A DNA stretch of 62,438 nucleotides, counting the filler, from Bdellovibrionota bacterium (GTDB taxonomy: Bacteria; Bdellovibrionota; Bdellovibrionia; Bdellovibrionales; JAEYZS01), in assembly GCA_963169515.1 (NCBI GenBank). It is 5 parts of 5 records of this genome, joined end to end, with 100 filler letters (N's around TTAATTAATTAA, not from the genome) between each part and the next. Parts side by side here need not be neighbours in the genome. Positions count along the whole stretch, not along the records: positions 19,870 to 34,764 come from CAUJEF010000104.1; positions 34,865 to 47,953 come from CAUJEF010000105.1; 3 more parts are not named here. The stretch is one strand, 5' to 3'. A program made the translations under genes and the position numbers. Positions within the stretch are counted from its first letter, which is position 1; each line of letters opens with the position of its first letter. The notes under the pieces are model-generated. The model did no database searches, had not been told where the DNA came from, and saw only the letters and a program-made list of their open reading frames with translations. Of the stretch, positions 30,409 to 38,950 are shown piece after piece.

Positions 30409-31214
30409 AGATAGACCGATTTATCGGCCTTTCACTGTCTGGCGGTAAGAACGACAAAACCAGCCTATGTTATCTTGATTATTATCGGGCCCCGCATAAA
30501 CTTTTTCTTAAAACTGTTATTGATAAGATACCGGAAAGAGAAAATGAATCGCCAGATGATATTCTGCTAGAGTATTTAAATAAAAAAGATTTGAACTTAA
30601 GATATATCGGTGTTGATGTTCCAATAACGCTACCGCACTGTTTTTTGCATCCATGCAAGGGGGTACGTCAGTGTGATTCTGCAACTACTCAATGGCATTG
30701 GAAAAATTATAAGAAGTTAAAGGACAAAAATAAAAATCATAAACTCTTTACGCCCTACACAGAGCGCTGTGTGGATTCGTATGTCACGTATCATTTAGAG
30801 GAGCACTTTCCAATTTCGCATGCATTGGGATCAAATAGTGCGCCGTTGGCGGCACGGGCACATTTTTTAAAAAATCGAATAAAATATGAAATGATTGAGG
30901 TTTACCCAAGACTTTCTTTTTGGAGAATGGGATTAAAACTAAAGATGAATAAAAATCAGTTGCGTTTTTATAAGCATTCGGCGCGTGGGGATCAGGTGCG
31001 CGAAGGTTTTCTTCGAGAATTGATAAATCAAAATATTATTTTTATTTATGATCAGGATATTCAAAAACTTTTGTCAAAAATGTCCACTTTTGATGCATTC
31101 ATGAGCGCATTAACAGCATTTCTTTATTTTAAAGATCAGTGTGAGAAACCCCCAAAAAATTTTCCTGCATCAGAAGGTTGGATACAATTTCCACAAAAAG
31201 AATTTTCTTGGTGA
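30387..31214 (+). CDS. DUF429-like predicted RNase H-fold protein; start uncertain
   Basis: FIGLSLSGGK, GVDVP, IEVYPR, FDA..AL.A and EGWI motifs. Confidence 0.65.
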   Translation: MPDSKELKIDRFIGLSLSGGKNDKTSLCYLDYYRAPHKLFLKTVIDKIPERENESPDDILLEYLNKKDLNLRYIGVDVPITLPHCFLHPCKGVRQCDSATTQWHWKNYKKLKDKNKNHKLFTPYTERCVDSYVTYHLEEHFPISHALGSNSAPLAARAHFLKNRIKYEMIEVYPRLSFWRMGLKLKMNKNQLRFYKHSARGDQVREGFLRELINQNIIFIYDQDIQKLLSKMSTFDAFMSALTAFLYFKDQCEKPPKNFPASEGWIQFPQKEFSW

Positions 31215-31555
31215 GGGAACACTGACCTGCTTACATCCATGTGTTGGCATGAACCGCCAAGAAAAAGCGCAAAAGGTTCGTGCAAACCTAACAAAACTTG
31301 CTGAGGCAAGTGACACGGCCAATCGTTTCTGAATATCTCCAAAAAATATAAGATTGGAGAATCGTCTTTTTAGAGAACGACAAGAGAGCGACGCAGCGTT
31401 TCGTCCCCATGCAGAAGCGATGCGTTAACAATAAGGTAAGGTTACCCAATTTCTTTAAGGTTTTAGTCACGACGAAGCTAAACTTTAGAGAAAGAGAGGT
31501 CCTGTTTTAGAATAAAAGATTGCGCTTTTATTGCGGGAGGTTATTATTTAATATA

Positions 31556-31867
31556 GTGGAAAAAGAAGAAATAATAAGACAGTCACGACGAAGTTTTTTA
31601 GCGAACTCAGGTAAGTCGCTTGCTTTATTAATGGTAGCTAATGCTGGACTTTATGTTGTGGGTTCTGCATTTAAAAAATTGGATGGAAGCCTGGTGGCGG
31701 GTGCGAAATGGTGTGAGTGCAAAGTTTGGAGCCAAAACGGCTTTTGCGGTTATACTGGAATAACGACAAGCGCAGACTATTATACTATCGATGTAGTTGG
31801 TTCAAGCTGTAGTGGGGCAAGCTGTTCTACCGGCACTAGTCGAGTTTCGAACTGCCGTCTGCCTTAA
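31556..31867 (+). CDS. Small twin-arginine-signal, Cys/Ser-rich peptide; candidate precursor
   Basis: SRRSFL Tat motif, hydrophobic stretch, ..LVAGA| and then a C-terminal core with 6 Cys. Confidence 0.7.
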   Translation: MEKEEIIRQSRRSFLANSGKSLALLMVANAGLYVVGSAFKKLDGSLVAGAKWCECKVWSQNGFCGYTGITTSADYYTIDVVGSSCSGASCSTGTSRVSNCRLP

Positions 31868-31971
31868 CTCTATTTTTGAGCCTAACTTCAATTAGATCGT
31901 TTTCAATAAAAGTACTGCTATATAAAATAAATTAGTAACTTTGCTAAATTAAAAGCTACAGTTTAAAGAGA

Positions 31972-32901
31972 ATGAGTCTAAATCTTACAAAAAGTAATCA
32001 TTTTGAATTTGAGTCAGCAGGTACCGAAAAAGAAAGAAAATTTTTTGTTAAAATCGGGGTACCTGAAAATTATGGTCAAAATTTTCAGCCAATGCAATTT
32101 GCACAGTCTGTGGCAGATGCTCGGTATTTCGCCGATATTAATGAATCAAAAAAAATTATTCTTTGTCTTTCAGGCGGGGTGGACAGCGAGGCCATGTGCA
32201 GGGCGTTTATCGCTGCAAAAGTAAATTTTCAAGCTTGTTTTTTGAGATTTAAAAATAATCTAAATATGTTCGATTTAAAAACCAATATTGATTTCTGTGA
32301 TGCAAACTCGATTAAATATTCTTTTGTTGACCTAGACATCATAGATTTTCTTGAATCTGGAAAGTATTTTAGCGTTGCTCTTAAATATGAATGTCAGTCA
32401 CCCCAAATTGCGACTCATTTGTGGTTTTTGGATCAAATCGATTCTATTCCATGTTTGAGTGGAAATCCGATAGTTCCGGTTTGGCAAAATGAGAAATGGT
32501 TTATCGTTGGCTTACCGGGAGAACTCCATTCAACTTACTTTAAGTATTTTTATATTAATAACCGAGAGGGAATACCTTGGTTTTTTATATATTCACCGGA
32601 ACTGATCAAATCATTTTTCAGCCTTCGCTGCATGAGACCGTATCTAGATAAGAAAATTACACAGCCAAGCCAATATACTTACCTAGAAAAATGTAAAAGC
32701 TATTTAGAGGGCGGCTTTTTAGTGAAACCAAGAGAAGATAAGTTCACGGGATTTGAGCTTGTAAAAAAATACTACGACGAAAGACATAAAACAACGCATG
32801 GTCAGGCATTTAATAATTTATTTAGAAAGCCCTTGGAAGAGATTTTTCCATTTCCTGACGAGTATTTCCAAATAATTCCAAAAGAATATTTTGATGGATA
32901 A
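31972..32901 (+). CDS. PP-loop (adenine nucleotide alpha-hydrolase/asparagine-synthetase-like) protein without a glutaminase domain
   Basis: LCLSGGVDSE PP-loop; C-terminal K-x-TGFE. Confidence 0.75.
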   Translation: MSLNLTKSNHFEFESAGTEKERKFFVKIGVPENYGQNFQPMQFAQSVADARYFADINESKKIILCLSGGVDSEAMCRAFIAAKVNFQACFLRFKNNLNMFDLKTNIDFCDANSIKYSFVDLDIIDFLESGKYFSVALKYECQSPQIATHLWFLDQIDSIPCLSGNPIVPVWQNEKWFIVGLPGELHSTYFKYFYINNREGIPWFFIYSPELIKSFFSLRCMRPYLDKKITQPSQYTYLEKCKSYLEGGFLVKPREDKFTGFELVKKYYDERHKTTHGQAFNNLFRKPLEEIFPFPDEYFQIIPKEYFDG

Positions 32902-33370
32902 ATATTTAAAAGTTAACCCAATTACTTTTGAAGAAACTTTACCAATCTGGAGTAAACATCTATGGCCGGGAAGAAAATCTGATATTGAACAAGTAAGTTG
33001 TATTAATCAAGTCGGAGATATTGATGTTGAAATTAAAAACTTTTCCCCAGAGTTTTATGGCTGTTTTCTTAAAGAAGAAATGGCTGGGGTTATTAGTTGC
33101 CACCCAATAAATAAAAAAGTGCTAAGATTGCGTGGAATTTATGTTTTTGAAAAATTTAGGAAAAATGGAGTGGGTAGTTTGTTGATACGTATGGTAAAGC
33201 AAAGAGCTTTTGAAGTGGAATGTCAAAACGTATTTGGGTTGGTGAGAACAATAAACCAACCTTATTTTGAGCGGCATGATTTTGCCGCCTATAAAAGCAT
33301 CTCTGGATATGAATATGGACCGCATGTCTTAATGGGGTTGGGCCTGAATTCCCTGGCCACTCCTCTCTAA
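32891..33370 (+). CDS. GNAT N-acetyltransferase
   Basis: [17 protein letters not shown] acetyl-CoA motif; overlaps the upstream gene. Confidence 0.88.
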   Translation: MMDKYLKVNPITFEETLPIWSKHLWPGRKSDIEQVSCINQVGDIDVEIKNFSPEFYGCFLKEEMAGVISCHPINKKVLRLRGIYVFEKFRKNGVGSLLIRMVKQRAFEVECQNVFGLVRTINQPYFERHDFAAYKSISGYEYGPHVLMGLGLNSLATPL

Positions 33371-34764
33371 TCACAGAAATATTTTACTTCGACCTGTGTT
33401 CCGATTGGCGGATATGGTTTTAGTACAAGTTTTTTTCCATCTACAGTGTGAGAAATTGGTGGGATAGGAGTTGGCGAGTAGCTCACCTCAACTGAACCTG
33501 TTGGTACGCACTTCAACATGGCAGTAAAGGCTTCTTTTTTAATTGATTCGCCAATTGCTTTTAGTTCATTCCCATAATCTTTCGAACATATGTCACCAAC
33601 GATACCGTTAGTTTTTTTCGATAACTCGATGTACGTCTTCCCGACGTAGTGGCTACCAACCTGTTTGCAATTTTTCTTGCTCTCTGGTTTCAATAAAACA
33701 ATTGAGTGATGCGTAAATGTTTTCTTAGAATCCCATTTATTTTTAATATGATTCATTAAAGTCTCTGGCTTATTTTTCAGACCAAGATGCGTGCCATTGC
33801 TGCGCTCATCTTCGTCAGACACGATAATGGTGGCCAAATGCGCACGTTCCCGAAAGGCATAGCTGTATTCTTTTCGTTCCAACAGAAGATTGAGTGCCTT
33901 GATTCCCTCTTCTCTCGAGGATCCAGTTTCTCTTCTTCTAATGGTATTTCCGAAAATTTGTTCTACTTTTGGAATACTGCTATTGATAAGGTAGGTTTTG
34001 TTTAAGCCTACGAAAGGCACAAGACGGCCTTCCTCCCATTCCTTTTTGCCTGAGGCATCTGTTGTGATAATTCCCAACTGCCAATCAAGACCGCTCAGTT
34101 TACTTACAAATGTTGAAAAGCGAGATGCCATTTTTTTCTGTTCTTCTCTCATCGATGGTGAGTTGTCGACAACTATAACAATATCAATTTTATCACCCGA
34201 GCTATCTATTACAAATTGATCGACAACCGGTATGCTCACATGAATCACTTGCCATCGGTGACGGTCTGGCTCGCTTGAAAGTCCCATATTATCGACGGCA
34301 ATGACTTCGAACAAATGAGATCCAATATCCAAATTTGCAAATGTCCAAGGACTTGCACAATCAAACCAGGCATTGTTGTCAAGGCGACAACGGTAGAAAC
34401 TAATCGATCCGTCGAGGTCGGTTCCAACAAATTCAAATTCGGCGTTCGGATTTGACGTTGTGGCCTCTGGAGCTTTGATAATTTGCACTGATGGAGGGGT
34501 TGGCGGGAATGGAGTCGGCTCTGGAGTTGGAATTGGAGTAGGCTCTGGAGTTGGAACTGGGGTAGGCTCTGGAGTTGGAACTGGAGTTGGAATTGGGGTA
34601 GGCTCTGGAGTTGGAATTGGAGTAGGCTCTGGAGTTGGAATTGGGGTAGGCTCTGGAGTTGGAACTGGAGTAGGCTCTGGAGTTGGAACTGGGGTAGCCT
34701 CTGGAGTTGGAACTGGAGTAGGCTCTGGAGTTGGAACTGGGGTAGGCTCTGGAGTTGGAACTGG
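33367..34764 (-). CDS. Secreted-type protein, 5' truncated: Pro/Thr linker, Ig-like domain, vWA domain
   Basis: Frame is open to the contig end: (EPTPVPTP)n, then CRLD..W.DCASP..G.H.FEV.AVD, then the DNSPS MIDAS motif and SDEDE. Confidence 0.85.
   Translation of the reverse strand, partial: PVPTPEPTPVPTPEPTPVPTPEATPVPTPEPTPVPTPEPTPIPTPEPTPIPTPEPTPIPTPVPTPEPTPVPTPEPTPIPTPEPTPFPPTPPSVQIIKAPEATTSNPNAEFEFVGTDLDGSISFYRCRLDNNAWFDCASPWTFANLDIGSHLFEVIAVDNMGLSSEPDRHRWQVIHVSIPVVDQFVIDSSGDKIDIVIVVDNSPSMREEQKKMASRFSTFVSKLSGLDWQLGIITTDASGKKEWEEGRLVPFVGLNKTYLINSSIPKVEQIFGNTIRRRETGSSREEGIKALNLLLERKEYSYAFRERAHLATIIVSDEDERSNGTHLGLKNKPETLMNHIKNKWDSKKTFTHHSIVLLKPESKKNCKQVGSHYVGKTYIELSKKTNGIVGDICSKDYGNELKAIGESIKKEAFTAMLKCVPTGSVEVSYSPTPIPPISHTVDGKKLVLKPYPPIGTQVEVKYFCD
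34511..34764. repeat. Coding tandem repeat with a 24-bp unit, about 10 copies
   Basis: GGAGTTGGAAYTGGRGTAGGCTCT head-to-tail; encodes EPTP(V/I)PTP on the minus strand; runs into the gap. Confidence 0.92.
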
Positions 34765-34864
34765 NNNNNNNNNNNNNNNNNNNNNNNNNNNNNNNNNNNN
34801 NNNNNNNNTTAATTAATTAANNNNNNNNNNNNNNNNNNNNNNNNNNNNNNNNNNNNNNNNNNNN
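34765..34864. other. Artificial contig spacer
   Basis: N-run with central TTAATTAATTAA. Confidence 0.97.
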
Positions 34865-34866
34865 CC

Positions 34867-35175
34867 TTACTCGTGCCCCTCTTCTCCTCGGTCAGCAATT
34901 TTTTCTAAAGTTCGACCCATGGCCTTTACTTCCTTTTCATAGGCCTCAAAAATCTGCTGCTCAATTTCATCACGTGTTTCCTGATTTAGGGGATGAGCTA
35001 TATCTCGAAATTGACCATCTTTGCGTTTTTTGGAAGGCATTGCGACGAATAAACCCGTGTTACCGTTAATTATCTTAAGATCGCGAACCACAAAGCAATT
35101 GTCTAAGGTAATTGTGACATAGGCCCGCAGTCTATCCTCGTTGACAGGGTAGATTTTCACTTCGGTGACTTTCAT
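34867..35175 (-). CDS. spoVG: SpoVG nucleic-acid-binding regulator
   Basis: MKVTEVKI, GLFVAMPS, FRDIAHP.N.ETR; GAGGAG RBS. Confidence 0.95.
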   Translation of the reverse strand: MKVTEVKIYPVNEDRLRAYVTITLDNCFVVRDLKIINGNTGLFVAMPSKKRKDGQFRDIAHPLNQETRDEIEQQIFEAYEKEVKAMGRTLEKIADRGEEGHE

Positions 35176-35319
35176 AATGCACTCCTCGTTGCAAGCTTCA
35201 AAAAAAGACGCTCCATTGCTGCAAATACTATTCAAATACTTAACGGAAGTCCTATGCCTAGACTTTAGTGCAAATGAAAAACGTCACAAATTGAGACGTT
35301 TTAAGTTCGAAAATTCAAA

Positions 35320-35511
35320 TTAATGAAAATATCTTGACCAGACGATCGCATCCCAAACCGTTGGGTTATGAAAAAAGTTATGTAGAAGATGCGCCACTAA
35401 GGCAATCGCACAAACACCCAATACTGCGCCAACCAGAAGGCTTAAATAGAGGACAGTCATAAAACCAATATACGGCGAAAATTTCACAGTGTGGCTTACC
35501 AAATCTTTCAT
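35320..35511 (-). CDS. Small membrane protein
   Basis: 63-aa hydrophobic ORF with AAAGGA RBS. Confidence 0.45.
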   Translation of the reverse strand: MKDLVSHTVKFSPYIGFMTVLYLSLLVGAVLGVCAIALVAHLLHNFFHNPTVWDAIVWSRYFH

Positions 35512-35693
35512 GCTGCATCCTTTGTGATATCTAAGAACGTATATGATTTGAAGGCGACTTTCAAGTCGATCAAGTGCCCAATAATACAGCAAATTATCCC
35601 CTGCTGCGCTTGCCGTATAAGTATTACAGGATATATTCCCATTATTTTGCGGTGTGTGTATCTTAATCATGTCACTAAAAGAGACGGGTAAAT

Positions 35694-36956
35694 GTGAGCT
35701 TTCGCAATATTTTTTTATTTATTATTTTCTTCCAAGTAAATGCATTCGCGCTGGATTCATGTGAACAGTTTTGGTCACAAATTACGGATGAAACATCTGC
35801 GCAGGTCGATAAGTTTACCTTCTTCAGCATGGGCCCTTACGAGATGTATCCCAATACCCTTGGCCGAATTACAGAGGTCGCGGAAATCGGGTTTGAATCT
35901 GGAAAGTTTATACTTGGCACAGATGCTGGGTACGTAATCTCAAAAAAGGCAGCCTCAACAGATTTTAAAACGGATAATGGTCGCTTAAGAAGGTCCGCAG
36001 TTGCCGATCATGAGTCCTTTACAACCGCGCTGGTTGCTAACCCTTTCGTTACTGCACACTCGATAGTTACGTCTATTGCGGTTCAACCTGTTCAAAAGCT
36101 AAATAGTTTTGCAATCGCATCTCAAAATACCGCCAAAGTTATTGCGAGCAATGGAAAAATCCTTGATATTCCCTATTCAGCCAAAGCACAAAGTGTTTCT
36201 TGGAATTCAAATGGGATTCTGGTTACATTTTCTGATCGCATTCGCTTGTATGATCCAGAAACATTAGCAATTAAAAAAGAGATTCAGGCCCTTGATCATT
36301 TTTCAGCTGTTGCACCAAACCCATCGAATCCAGATGAAATTGTAGCATCGGATGGAATGGACCTCGTCGTCATTCGAAACTTCCAAGATCGCGCACTTAT
36401 TAAAACCTTGAAAGAGCCGGCTCAACAAATACAATGGAATAATTTTGGAATAGGATACTATGTAATCCATTCCTCAGGCCTAGGTATCTTTGACCGTAAC
36501 CACAACCTTCAATTTACTGAAACTCTTGATAGTCCGATTTACTCTATCAGTTGGGACCTTTCTGGTGACAATCTTGCGTTCAGCACATTTCACTCTACCT
36601 GGATTTTTAATCTTTCTTCCAAAACTGCAAAACGCCTATTTAAGACCGACGCCCCAATGGGAAGTCGAATCACATGGTTTGACCGTGACAATATTCTGGC
36701 TACGATCAACGCTGTTGCGATAGGGAAAGAAAAAAAGTGGGAAATCAATTTTTGGAATGCTGAAAATGGCCTCGAACTTTCTGCTCAAATACTAGTTCCA
36801 ACTGAAAATCAAATATCACCGCCACAGATTATTGGAATCCGGGGGAGCATACTAAACGGAAGCTCACATTTTTATATTCTAACCGACAATGGATATTTGT
36901 TTGAAATGTTCGAATCGTTCAAAAGCCAGATTGCCAACCCAACTTCTATAAATTAA
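35694..36956 (+). CDS. Secreted WD40/beta-propeller-like protein
   Basis: Signal peptide; repeated SVSWN/SISWD/ITWF blades. Confidence 0.7.
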   Translation: MSFRNIFLFIIFFQVNAFALDSCEQFWSQITDETSAQVDKFTFFSMGPYEMYPNTLGRITEVAEIGFESGKFILGTDAGYVISKKAASTDFKTDNGRLRRSAVADHESFTTALVANPFVTAHSIVTSIAVQPVQKLNSFAIASQNTAKVIASNGKILDIPYSAKAQSVSWNSNGILVTFSDRIRLYDPETLAIKKEIQALDHFSAVAPNPSNPDEIVASDGMDLVVIRNFQDRALIKTLKEPAQQIQWNNFGIGYYVIHSSGLGIFDRNHNLQFTETLDSPIYSISWDLSGDNLAFSTFHSTWIFNLSSKTAKRLFKTDAPMGSRITWFDRDNILATINAVAIGKEKKWEINFWNAENGLELSAQILVPTENQISPPQIIGIRGSILNGSSHFYILTDNGYLFEMFESFKSQIANPTSIN

Positions 36957-36989
36957 AGATAAATTAAATTTCTGCGGTAACAAAAAACA

Positions 36990-37190
36990 AAGATGCCGTA
37001 CAGGGTTGCCGCTCTGTCTCCTATCATTTCACTTTTTATCCAATCGTCAAGGGATAGGCTTTGATGCGCAAAGTTAACCCCATACCCAGACCTTTTTTGC
37101 GACGAAATTAGTTATTATGTTAAGCGTTCGCCCTGCTAGATAGGAAACTGCTTAAATAAAAAAAGAGCCGCCGAAGCAGCTCTTTTTTTA
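36990..37190 (+). ncRNA. Candidate structured RNA (unassigned)
   Basis: Nested complementary segments 37001-13/37123-35, 37044-48/37101-05 and 37057-63/37069-75, plus a crossing helix 37016-25/37139-48; ends at a terminator. Confidence 0.25.
37158..37189. terminator. Intrinsic terminator (cUUCGg loop on the minus strand), bidirectional
   Basis: A7-GAGCCGC-CGAA-GCAGCTC-T7. Confidence 0.85.
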
Positions 37191-37219
37191 TAGATTTTAA
37201 ATAAGTTCTAACCTTGTAA

Positions 37220-38665
37220 TCATTGTGGAGGAGGAGGCTCACCACCACCACCGCCACCACCGCCTACGCAGGAATCGGCCATTGCCCATTCACAGAAGTA
37301 CTTACCGTTATTAACGCTGATTGTTCGACCTGATGTACTTCGCATTTGAGGACATGAGTATTCCCCATAAATTTGGATGGCAACACTTTCCACGCTTGAT
37401 CCATCATTACACGGTGTAACTGCTGTGGCTCGAACCATGTTAAGTGTAACATCGCAATCGCCGTTTTTGTTGTAGTTTTCATTCAGCAGTGCTTGAGCTG
37501 GCGTTTCGTCAACAGTACTTACAGAGTATTGCGCATTTCGAACGCTAATACCGTTAGCTTCTGTGAATGATTGCAGGCCATTGGCGCCCGTGTCCGGAAT
37601 GTTCTGGACACTTAAGCTAAGCCCATGTTTGTACACACCCTCTGATCCCGTGTAATCGCTCTCGTCTTGGTAATAGTTTTTACCAGAGATTGCAAATGTT
37701 GCGACAGCACCATTTCTGTTGTAATCGCAATCCATGAGATCATCGTCTCGCTCATCCGGATACATAGATACGCCGGTCTCATTATTTGCACGTTGTGCAT
37801 TTGCGGTATTGATACCAGAGATATCACCCTCGATTAACCAATGGTCTTGAGGGGAAGATGGCTCTGCATCGGCAAATGTTTGAACATCAATGTTCACGCG
37901 GCTCACGATATCGGCTTCAACACCACAGCCGTTCTTAACACGAGCTTTAACCTGATAGTTCGTACCACCGTTGGCGATATAAACGTCAGGTAAAGAAGTT
38001 AAGTTTGTCCATACGTTAAAACTTCTTCGATCGAGAGGATCAAAGTCACCATCACCATTAAAGTCGTAGGCGTACTGTAACTGGGTTCCAGAAGCATCAG
38101 ATACACCACCGACAGACACGGCAAAATGGTTCACGCGTGCGCCTGCAACTACGTTAATAGCGGCATTCGATACGTCTGGAGCAGTAGCGTTTGCACAGTC
38201 AACTTCAAGGTTAAAAGCTTTATCAGCAGATCTGCCTTGAGGATCAATTGCACGGATTGCCATTGTACGTCTTAGTGTCGCATCAAAACGTAGGTTACCT
38301 GTTAATGGTACGAAATTCGGGCTTCCGGCGTCGTAGTCTATATCGATTAAGAACGTCAGACTGGATGTCGGGCTTTCATCGGTAGTGGCAGCGCAATTAA
38401 ATCGAAGATCATCGACATCAGTTGGGTCACCGTATGACACATCTCCTGAGCTGACTGCCGATAATGATTTAAATATATGAGAGTCACTTGCCCTCTCAAT
38501 ATTACAGTTAATTCGCGGTGCTTGGTTCGTCGTAACCACATTAATGTCATCGGAAGCACTTGTCCGTAACATTTTCGAAGCAGAGATCGTAGATTGACCG
38601 CAGTTGTTGTACAACAACGGCAGCACAACCAACATTGCTCCTACTATTAAGTATTTCGTTTTCAT
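37220..38665 (-). CDS. Secreted/lipoprotein-like beta-rich protein with a Gly7-EPPPPQ tail
   Basis: LLYNNC signal; PKD-like YDFNGDGDFD; several Cys; GGGGGAG RBS. Confidence 0.8.
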   Translation of the reverse strand: MKTKYLIVGAMLVVLPLLYNNCGQSTISASKMLRTSASDDINVVTTNQAPRINCNIERASDSHIFKSLSAVSSGDVSYGDPTDVDDLRFNCAATTDESPTSSLTFLIDIDYDAGSPNFVPLTGNLRFDATLRRTMAIRAIDPQGRSADKAFNLEVDCANATAPDVSNAAINVVAGARVNHFAVSVGGVSDASGTQLQYAYDFNGDGDFDPLDRRSFNVWTNLTSLPDVYIANGGTNYQVKARVKNGCGVEADIVSRVNIDVQTFADAEPSSPQDHWLIEGDISGINTANAQRANNETGVSMYPDERDDDLMDCDYNRNGAVATFAISGKNYYQDESDYTGSEGVYKHGLSLSVQNIPDTGANGLQSFTEANGISVRNAQYSVSTVDETPAQALLNENYNKNGDCDVTLNMVRATAVTPCNDGSSVESVAIQIYGEYSCPQMRSTSGRTISVNNGKYFCEWAMADSCVGGGGGGGGEPPPPQ

Positions 38666-38731
38666 TATCTCCCCCTTTTTTAGGGTAATATTCAAAGCCC
38701 ATAAACAAGGCTTCCCTCAGGACTCTATTAA

Positions 38732-38747
38732 AGCAAGGCCGGTACCA
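38732..38747 (-). promoter_or_regulatory. sigma54 -24/-12 promoter
   Basis: Minus strand TGGTAC-CGGCC-TTGCT. Confidence 0.65.
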
Positions 38748-38950
38748 GCGAAAGTGCCCTAATTGGGCTTTGAGGGATCGAATTTGTCTACAACTTAGAC
38801 AGCTGCGTGATACTCCCTTAACAACACCATGAATACTTTATTTGTTACATTTTGATATAAGATCCACAGGCCCGCACGCAAATTGCCAATGCCCTCGACA
38901 TTGGTCCGCTATAGTGACATATCCTTTATCAGCGATTTAAATGAAATGTA

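Noticed and set aside
31215..31470. Short ORFs upstream of the peptide gene
   Set aside because: Fragmentary frames with no identifiable family; possibly a pseudogene relic but not supportable.
31972..32901. Calling the PP-loop protein TilS, MnmA, QueC or a true lasso cyclase
   Set aside because: The additional family motifs and domains are not visible, and no lasso B peptidase or RRE is adjacent.
34511..34764. Regular 24-bp repeats as a CRISPR array, and the plus-strand GVGSG ORF at 34460-34816
   Set aside because: No unique spacers and no cas genes. Variation is mostly at codon-tolerant positions of an in-frame Pro/Thr linker on the minus strand.
36990..37150. Assignment as 6S RNA or a known riboswitch
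   Set aside because: The minus strand has a 6S-like CCTGTACGGCATC 3' segment but no complementary 5' strand, and no riboswitch consensus was recognised; left unassigned.
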